NCBI GenBank assembly: GCA_035270985.1 | Contig: DATESD010000171.1 | Coordinates: 1 to 24,000 of the forward strand | Direction: 5' to 3' | Source of the DNA: Bacilli bacterium | GTDB taxonomy: Bacteria > Bacillota_I > Bacilli_A > ML615J-28 > CAG-698 | Length of the DNA stretch: 24,000 bases | Shown: positions 18,583-24,000 of the stretch, one piece after another | How the letters are laid out: every line of letters begins with the position of its first letter | How positions within the stretch are numbered: position 1 is the first letter of the stretch | Translations under genes and position numbers: made by a program | The notes under the pieces: generated by a model | The model's input: the letters and a program-made list of their open reading frames with translations, nothing else | What the model was told of the DNA's origin: nothing | The model's database searches: none

Positions 18583-18640
18583 GGCATAGCTATAAATAAG
18601 GGAAAATTGTCATTTTGTTTATAACTGCCTTTTATTTTGA
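18583..18640 (+). terminator. Long imperfect hairpin followed by a T-rich tract (orphan terminator-like element)
   Basis: Pairings are GGCA/TGCC (18583-86 / 18626-29), TATAAA/TTTATA (18591-96 / 18618-23) and AAAAT/ATTTT (18603-07 / 18612-16), followed by TTTTATTTT. There is no ORF upstream between it and the 18345 terminator. Confidence 0.3.
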
Positions 18641-18650
18641 TGTCTTATCA

Positions 18651-18678
18651 AGTGCCTATAATAAATATTATGTAAAGT
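18651..18678 (+). other. dif: Candidate dif site (XerC/XerD chromosome-dimer resolution site)
   Basis: AGTGCCTATAA-TAAATA-TTATGTAAAGT. By hand it matches 23/28 to the B. subtilis dif as I recall it (ACTTCCTAGAA-TATATA-TTATGTAAACT; XerD arm 10/11). It matches 21/28 to E. coli dif (GGTGCGCATAA-TGTATA-TTATGTTAAAT). It sits exactly where gene orientation switches from + to -, 4 kb from xerD. Confidence 0.65.
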
Positions 18679-19267
18679 AAAATATACATAGGAGCTCGGC
18701 ATAGATATACAAACGATGTTTAAACTTTGAAAGGCAAAATAATATGGTAGTTATATGTGGCTGCTGTTTAATAATTATATTTTTGCTTGTGAGGAGGCAT
18801 AATAGTTTTCCCGGATTTTATATTTATAACGATCTAAAAACAAAAAAATGCAGATAATTAGAGCTTTGTTTTGGCTAATCAGCTAACTGTTGGAGCGCTA
18901 TAGGCGAGTTATATTTTAATTTAGTTGACTGATATGAATTATCTTTACCAGTGAATTCTTTAAAAAGGGAATCAATTTTAGGGCGAACTATTTCTGAAAA
19001 ACACATAAGGATAGTATTAAACGTGGAAAATATTCCTAAAAAAATTATAACGGTTTCACCTAAGCTGGTTATATTTAATTTATTCGCTAATATTTAAAAA
19101 ACCCTTGTAATTTCGCTTTTGTCGGCTTCTTTCTCAAAGGTGATTAATTAACTGTTGTAGGATAGTAAAACGATTACAGGCGAAATAATTGACCTAAAAA
19201 CTACTCTGGCAATAAGACTGCTCTTTTATGTGACCATTAGTATTAAAAGCTTAATTAGTGGCTAAGA

Positions 19268-19300
19268 TAGCATTACTCGAATGCTAATTTATTTATTTTT
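19268..19300 (+). terminator. Orphan terminator-like hairpin
   Basis: TAGCATT-ACTCG-AATGCTA (perfect 7-bp stem) followed by ATTTATTTATTTTT. No intact gene lies upstream on the plus strand. Confidence 0.35.
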
Positions 19301-19397
19301 AGATTAAGTTCAACCTCTCTTGTGAACAAAAAAAACAGAAATAAATGTACTCATTATTGTATTTGGGTATGTTAAAGCAAATAAAAGCTGGATAAAT

Positions 19398-19430
19398 AAA
19401 AAAATGCAGAATTGATCTGCATTTTTATTT
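19398..19430. terminator. Bidirectional terminator; on the minus strand it terminates the lipoprotein gene
   Basis: AAAAAAATGCAGA-ATTGA-TCTGCATTTTTATTTT. The 7-bp stem ATGCAGA/TCTGCAT is flanked by A7 and T-runs and lies immediately after the stop codon at 19432-19434. Confidence 0.75.
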
Positions 19431-19431
19431 T

Positions 19432-20214
19432 TTAAGGAAATAACACTTTTACTTGGACTGATTTAATCTCATTCGCGGCATTTAACACTTTAAAAGTAAT
19501 ATAATTTTTAGTTGAATCGCGATTTATTAAAGTTCTTTTTGTAACTGCTTGGCTATGAATATCTAAAACTTTTTCTTCAACAAGAACGTATTCAGTATTA
19601 TCTAATGTTGTAAATTCAGTCATTGTTGCTGTAACGATTGTTGAATGTATTAACTGATTTCTGCTATTAAATTCACGAATAACATTATCGTCAGGAGTAT
19701 CAACTTTATTGATTTTTATTATGTAAGACAATACATAATTATAAGTTTTTATAACGACTTCTTCTGATTTATTTAAAAAATAACTTCCTCCAGATATATT
19801 AGTTATTTGATTTTTTAGAGAAAGCTCATAGGTACCATCAGTATTTTTATATATGCCATAAATTAAGATTGGGGTTGTAACGTTTATGCTTTGATAGTAA
19901 TTACCATTGATAAAAGCACAAACACTATCCGGGCTAATAATATCACCATCTAAGTAACTATATTCATATTTAAAGTCAAATAAAGCATCGCCGAGAAAAC
20001 TAATAATAGTGTATTCATCATTTAATATGAATCCGTTAATAGGTATATCATCTAAATTAGATAAATTTTTTATGTTTTCTAGTTCTTCAGTACTTTCGAT
20101 AATAGTCAAACCGACCATTTTTTTTGTTCCCTCTGTAACTTCTCGTTGTAAGCAGCCAGCTAACAGGAACATAGATAAAATTAACATGATCATAATTAGG
20201 TGACGTTTAATCAT
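19432..20214 (-). CDS. Lipoprotein of unknown function
   Basis: Signal peptide MIKRHLIMIMLILSMFLLAGC with the classical lipobox LLAGC. GGAG RBS upstream. I recognise no family motifs in the mature part. Confidence 0.75.
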   Translation of the reverse strand: MIKRHLIMIMLILSMFLLAGCLQREVTEGTKKMVGLTIIESTEELENIKNLSNLDDIPINGFILNDEYTIISFLGDALFDFKYEYSYLDGDIISPDSVCAFINGNYYQSINVTTPILIYGIYKNTDGTYELSLKNQITNISGGSYFLNKSEEVVIKTYNYVLSYIIKINKVDTPDDNVIREFNSRNQLIHSTIVTATMTEFTTLDNTEYVLVEEKVLDIHSQAVTKRTLINRDSTKNYITFKVLNAANEIKSVQVKVLFP

Positions 20215-20308
20215 ATATGCTAGCTCCTTGCTCTAATTATAATTAAAAATAGATTTTTTTTAAGTTTAAATAGTCTTGAAAAGTAATAAAACAAATATTA
20301 ACATATAA

Positions 20309-20337
20309 ATTATAACATAATATCTTTTAAGAAGCAA
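20309..20337 (-). promoter_or_regulatory. Putative extended -10 promoter of the lipoprotein gene
   Basis: On the minus strand: TTGCTT (20332-20337), 17-nt spacer, TGtTATAAT (-10 at 20309-20314). This leaves a 5' UTR of about 85 nt. Confidence 0.5.
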
Positions 20338-20361
20338 TTAATATTTGTTTGCAATAAATAG

Positions 20362-20398
20362 AAAAAGCATGAAAATTTAATCATGCTTTGTTTTTTTT
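20362..20398. terminator. Bidirectional terminator, probable end of the xerD-deoB-lipase transcript
   Basis: AAAGCATGA-AAATTTAA-TCATGCTTT (9-bp stem) with T8 on the plus side and TTTTCTATTTATT on the minus side. It lies about 130 nt downstream of the lipase stop. Confidence 0.65.
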
Positions 20399-20529
20399 CG
20401 CTTTGCGTATAATCTTATTAAAACGATAGTTTATAGCCCTTTTCTGAGAAGATTATCTTTAATTAAGTGGGTAATTAGCTGTTGTTATCCTCTAATGAGG
20501 GCAATTTTCGTATATTTTTACGATATTTT

Positions 20530-21459
20530 TTAATGCTTAGCTAACCACGTGAAAATATCATTTTTAACTTCTTCTTTACATAATTCTAGCAAGATTTCAT
20601 GGCGAGCTTGATCATATAGTTTAAATGTTAAATCACTCATTTGCTTTTTAACATATGTATTATAAAGCTTAGTTGAATTTTTTCCGCAACCGCCAACAGG
20701 ATCGTTACCACCACTTAAAATCAATAATGGTAAGTCTTTTCTGACTAACTCAAAATTGGCATTAATATCTTTTAAACCTTTGAAAAAATCTTTAAAGTAA
20801 GCGGCTGTAAAGATACCACCGCAATATGGATCAGCAACATATTTATCAACTTCTTTTTCATCACGATTTAACCAATCAAATTCAGTTCGATTAGGCTTAA
20901 AAACATTATTATAAGATTTAAAAGATAAATTATTCAGTAAGTTACTGCGATATCGTCGCCCCTTAAACTTGTTAGTAATTTGGGCAATAAGTAAACCGAT
21001 ACTTAAAAGTAAATTAGGGTTTTGTGAGGAACCACTTAAAATTAAACCGTCTATTTTAGTACCATATAATTGGGCAAAACGCTGGCCAATGAAAGATCCC
21101 ATGCTATGGCCAAACAAAATAATTGGTGAATCTGGATTCTCTTCTTTGATAATTTCACAAATTTCCGATAAATCGGTAACCATTATTTCAAAGTTATCGC
21201 CTTCGCCCATATAACCATAATCTTGTTGGGATAAAATAGTATCTTTATGACCTCTTTGATTATGTCCATAAACAATATAGCCTTTTTGGGCAAGTTCTTT
21301 AGCAAAATCGTCATATCTCTCGATATGTTCGGCCATTCCGTGAGAAATTAAGATGGCTCCTTTAAAAAGTTGTCCTTCTTTAAACCACTTATAGCCTTTA
21401 ATATGTCCTTCATTGCTGAGATTATAAGTAACTGAAACTTTCTTTACTAACTCGTTCAT
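20530..21459 (-). CDS. Alpha/beta-hydrolase, lysophospholipase / monoacylglycerol-lipase-like
   Basis: ILISHGMAEH..RYDDFA, nucleophile elbow GHSMGS, and a late ..ARHEIL.. His motif. ATGA overlap with deoB. Confidence 0.75.
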   Translation of the reverse strand: MNELVKKVSVTYNLSNEGHIKGYKWFKEGQLFKGAILISHGMAEHIERYDDFAKELAQKGYIVYGHNQRGHKDTILSQQDYGYMGEGDNFEIMVTDLSEICEIIKEENPDSPIILFGHSMGSFIGQRFAQLYGTKIDGLILSGSSQNPNLLLSIGLLIAQITNKFKGRRYRSNLLNNLSFKSYNNVFKPNRTEFDWLNRDEKEVDKYVADPYCGGIFTAAYFKDFFKGLKDINANFELVRKDLPLLILSGGNDPVGGCGKNSTKLYNTYVKKQMSDLTFKLYDQARHEILLELCKEEVKNDIFTWLAKH

Positions 21460-22658
21460 TTTTTCTCTCCTTTTATTAGATCTTTAAGAAAACTTTTACC
21501 ATTTTCCATTGGTTTTAAAGCGAAATTATCTAAAATAGTTGCTCCAACATCACTAAAAGTATTTCTAACGCCTAAATTTTGGCCTTTAAGGCTTGGTGAA
21601 TAAGCAAGGAGTAAAACATACTCTCTTGTATGATCGGTTCCAAAATGGGTTGGATCATTTCCATGATCAGCACAGACAATTAATAAATCATCGTCTTTGA
21701 TGTAGTTTAGTAATAACTTTAATTGTGAGTCAAACTCTTCAAGACAATTAGCATAGCCAATAGCATCACGACGATGCCCGTAAAGAGCATCAAAATCAAC
21801 GAGATTAACAAAACACAAACCATTGAAATCAATCTTTTCGGCAATCTTAATTGTTTCTTCCATGCCGTGGTAATTACTTTTAATTTTTGTTGATGCAGTT
21901 ATTCCCTCACCATCAAAGATATCATTTATTTTACCAATAGCAATTACATCATGATTATTTTCTTTTAAGTAGTCAAGTGCTGTTTGCGCAAGAGGCTTGA
22001 CAGCATAATCATGACGATTTGCAGTCCTTTTAAAAGTTTCATTATTACTACCAATGAATGGTCTGGCAATAATTCTTCCAACCATCCATTCTGGATTTTC
22101 TAAAGTAATTTTACGAGCAATCGCGCAAACACGATATAATTCTTGGAGAGGAACGATATCTTCATTAGCAGCAATTTGTAAAACGGAATCGGCTGATGTA
22201 TAAATTATTAAAGCTTTAGTTTTTACGTGTTCTTCTCCTAAAACTTTAATTATTTCGGTACCACTAGCTGCATAGTTGCCAATAAACTTATGACCGGTTT
22301 CAAGTTCTAACTTTTTAATTAGTTCTTGGGGAAAACCATTGTCAGTAAAGGCGGGAAAACTTTGTTTTACTTCTAGTCCCATCATCTCCCAGTGTCCCGT
22401 TAAGGTATCTTTGCCAACACTTAATTCTTTCATTTTACCATATGAAGCTAGAGGAGATTTGTTTGGTGGAGTGTTATTGATGTCAGTTATATTTCCTATC
22501 CCTAGCTTTGCTAGGGTAGGGATTGAAAAATCTTTTTTACTATGACTAAGATGTTTTAAAGTGTTAGCGCCTTGATCATTATATAAATGGCTATCAGGCA
22601 TTTCGCCAACACCAAGTGAATCAGCGACAATGACAAAAATTCTTTTAAATTTTTTCAA
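21456..22658 (-). CDS. deoB: Phosphopentomutase DeoB (TTG start)
   Basis: RIFVIVADSLGVGEMPD, TLTGHWEMMG, NLVDFDALYGHRRD and ADHGNDPT motifs. The start codon at 22656-22658 reads TTG, with a GGAG RBS inside the xerD 3' end. Confidence 0.9.
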   Translation of the reverse strand: MKKFKRIFVIVADSLGVGEMPDSHLYNDQGANTLKHLSHSKKDFSIPTLAKLGIGNITDINNTPPNKSPLASYGKMKELSVGKDTLTGHWEMMGLEVKQSFPAFTDNGFPQELIKKLELETGHKFIGNYAASGTEIIKVLGEEHVKTKALIIYTSADSVLQIAANEDIVPLQELYRVCAIARKITLENPEWMVGRIIARPFIGSNNETFKRTANRHDYAVKPLAQTALDYLKENNHDVIAIGKINDIFDGEGITASTKIKSNYHGMEETIKIAEKIDFNGLCFVNLVDFDALYGHRRDAIGYANCLEEFDSQLKLLLNYIKDDDLLIVCADHGNDPTHFGTDHTREYVLLLAYSPSLKGQNLGVRNTFSDVGATILDNFALKPMENGKSFLKDLIKGEKK

Positions 22659-22659
22659 A

Positions 22660-23568
22660 TTATTTGTTCTCCTTTCTAGCTCGTGGATGAGCGGCTAAAT
22701 AAACTTGTTTTAATTTAGCACTATTAATGTGAGTATATATTTCCGTTGTTGAGATATCTTCATGTCCTAACAATTCTTGGATTAGTCGTAAATCAATTCC
22801 TCTTTCAAGTAAATGTGAGGCGAAAGAGTGCCGTAATTTATGGGGTGAAATCGGTTTAGTTATTCCCGCTAGCAAAGCTTTTTCGCGAATAATAACAAAG
22901 AAAGCTTGTCTAGTTAGTGGAGTACCACTCCTTTTGTTCAAGAAAAAATAGTTACCACTTTTAGGCTTTGCCAATTTAGGGCGTGCTTCTTTTAAATATA
23001 AATTCAAAAAATCAATTGCTTCTTCACCAACAGGGACAATTCTTTCTTTATTTCCTTTACCTAAGATTTCCATAAAGCCCATCTCTGGATGATAATCCGA
23101 TAATTTCAATTTAATTAATTCGCTAACGCGTAATCCCGAAGAATATGTTAACTCAATCATGGCTTTATTCCGCATTTCAATAGGGGAATCAATAGTTAGT
23201 GATTGCAATAATTTATCGATTTCATCAATTGATAAAACAGTAGGAAGCTTTTTTTCCTGTTTGGGGTTAGCCACCATTTTTGCAACATTGGTAGTTACAT
23301 ATTTTTCTAACAATAAAAATTTATGGAAAGATTTTAGGGAAGATAACTTTCGCGCCTGCGATGAAGCAGCAATGTGTTTTCTTTTTAAACTGCCGATAAA
23401 AGCCCGAACATCTTCAACTTCAATATCAATCGGTGTGGTTTTCTTACGAACATTTACAATGAAATCACAATATTTTTCAATATCATTTTTGTAACTCTCA
23501 CAAGTGTTAACGCTTAGAGCGAGTTCATCACGAATATAAAACTCATACTCGCGGATATATTTTTCCAT
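22660..23568 (-). CDS. xerD: Tyrosine site-specific recombinase XerD (XerC not excluded)
   Basis: Catalytic signature ..GLRVSEL.., PHKLRHSFASHLLERG.DLR.IQELLGHEDISTTEIYTH. The xerD(ripX)-deoB(drm) adjacency is as in Bacillus. Confidence 0.8.
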   Translation of the reverse strand: MEKYIREYEFYIRDELALSVNTCESYKNDIEKYCDFIVNVRKKTTPIDIEVEDVRAFIGSLKRKHIAASSQARKLSSLKSFHKFLLLEKYVTTNVAKMVANPKQEKKLPTVLSIDEIDKLLQSLTIDSPIEMRNKAMIELTYSSGLRVSELIKLKLSDYHPEMGFMEILGKGNKERIVPVGEEAIDFLNLYLKEARPKLAKPKSGNYFFLNKRSGTPLTRQAFFVIIREKALLAGITKPISPHKLRHSFASHLLERGIDLRLIQELLGHEDISTTEIYTHINSAKLKQVYLAAHPRARKENK

Positions 23569-23606
23569 TTAATTATCACCTATTTTCCTGTTAAGTATAA
23601 GCATTT

Positions 23607-24000
23607 TTAAATAAAGTTAACTAAGACCTCATTCATTAAATATAACTTATCAATAGGGACCTTTACCGCAACATTATCATCAACTATCAAGCCTTTTATA
23701 ATTAAATCGCTCAGGAAAGGGTATTTTTGATATATATCGATGCCAAATTTAGTGAAAAAGAGATTTTTGTTAACGCCATCTAATTTTCTTAAACCGAGGA
23801 TCATTTCTTCTGCCATTATTTCATTATCAGTTAAAACGGTAGTTTCTAAATAACTTAATTCTTTATTATCAATCCCGTTAAAATAAGCTTCAAGATTAAT
23901 AATATTAGTGTAACGAATATCGTCAATATAGAAACTTGCTCCGGCACCGATGCCGATGTAGTTTTGATTATTCCAATAGACAAGGTTGTGCTTTGACTGG
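23607..24000 (-). CDS. hemW: Radical-SAM HemW/HemN-like protein, C-terminal part (5' end beyond the window)
   Basis: The frame stays open upstream of the track ORF to the window edge: ..QSKHNLVYWNNQNYIGIGAGASFYIDDIRYTNIINLEAYFNGI...ILGLRKLDGVN...F. This is the HNL.YW..Y.G.G.GA.S block plus the HemN_C domain. Confidence 0.75.
   Translation of the reverse strand, partial: QSKHNLVYWNNQNYIGIGAGASFYIDDIRYTNIINLEAYFNGIDNKELSYLETTVLTDNEIMAEEMILGLRKLDGVNKNLFFTKFGIDIYQKYPFLSDLIIKGLIVDDNVAVKVPIDKLYLMNEVLVNFI

Noticed and set aside
18435-18587. 50-aa minus-strand ORF (MPLLRLLFDKICFFKNSISLLYVYMVLFTRSLSLHGLLENLIVDYLSCFS)
   Set aside because: No RBS, no recognisable motif, and a composition typical of random AT-rich frames. 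It also spans part of the hairpin at 18583.
18657-18662. TATAAT hexamer as a promoter -10 box
   Set aside because: There is no -35 at proper spacing (TTGATG is 14 nt away). The hexamer is better explained as the inner end of the XerC arm plus the first central base of the candidate dif site.
19094-19147. Decayed paralog of the neighbouring lipoprotein (minus-strand LITFEKEADKSEITRVF* vs the lipoprotein C-terminus YITFKVLNAANEIKSVQVKVLFP*)
   Set aside because: The resemblance is limited to ITF.K...A..EI..V over about 17 residues, with no supporting similarity upstream and no terminator after it. That is too weak to call.
18380-19431. tRNA, rRNA, tmRNA, RNase P RNA, CRISPR array or IS element in the ORF-free spacer
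   Set aside because: I found none of the following: a GGTTCGAAT-type T-arm, a tmRNA tag or CCA end, the GAGGAAAGTCC RNase P core, spaced direct repeats, terminal inverted repeats, or a transposase fragment. A novel structured RNA cannot be excluded by eye.
20309-20337. dif-like half site on the minus strand (TTATGTTATAA preceded by AAGATA and TTGCTTCTTAA)
   Set aside because: Only the TTATGT core matches and the left arm does not align to any XerC arm. The sequence is fully explained as TTGCTT-17-TGtTATAAT, the promoter of the lipoprotein gene.
1177-23494. Short ORFs antisense to or nested in large genes (1177..1377, 4554..4748, 6061..6285, 7003..7236, 7019..7267, 7974..8201, 10910..11119, 16375..16599, 17651..17887, 18186..18395, 20009..20203, 20969..21214, 22339..22545, 23159..23494)
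   Set aside because: All lie inside or opposite well-supported conserved genes, lack Shine-Dalgarno sequences, and translate to low-complexity or hydrophobic strings typical of shadow frames in AT-rich DNA.

Overview
Low-GC (about 30% by eye) chromosomal segment with Firmicutes/Mollicutes-type gene order and the standard genetic code: TGA terminates dnaG, the PHP gene and deoB, and Trp is TGG. That fits an Acholeplasma- or Erysipelotrichia-like genome rather than a Mycoplasma-like one; I cannot name the species. All family calls rest on motifs and synteny read by eye, with no searches or folding.

Layout:
- The left 18.3 kb is almost entirely plus-strand. It runs dnaG (5' truncated), two tandem diverged intact copies of the housekeeping sigma factor rpoD, trmK, and NIF3/yqfO.
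- Next come a 55-aa 2x[4Fe-4S] ferredoxin (minus strand, missing from the ORF track), yneF, and plsY (minus strand).
- A tightly coupled operon follows: parE, parC, a Fic-like protein with a degenerate catalytic motif, a PHP/HisJ-family phosphoesterase, and a 2-TM TPR-like protein.
- After that sit a YesN-type response regulator, a YesM-type histidine kinase and an MglB-like sugar-binding lipoprotein. This looks like a three-component sugar sensor, but no transporter genes are nearby.
- The right 4.6 kb is entirely minus-strand: an orphan lipoprotein, an alpha/beta-hydrolase lipase, deoB, xerD and hemW (5' truncated).
- Between the two convergent blocks lies a 1.05-kb ORF-free spacer (18380-19431). 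It contains a 28-bp sequence (18651-18678) matching the Bacillus dif site at 23/28 positions, so the window most likely spans the replication terminus.

Most noteworthy:
1. The old tandem duplication of the primary sigma factor, whose second copy has lost the canonical start codon.
2. The dif/terminus spacer, with orphan hairpins, a decayed terminator copy and a small hydrophobic ORF.
3. A catalytically degenerate Fic-fold gene coupled to topoisomerase IV.
4. An orphan three-component sugar sensor.
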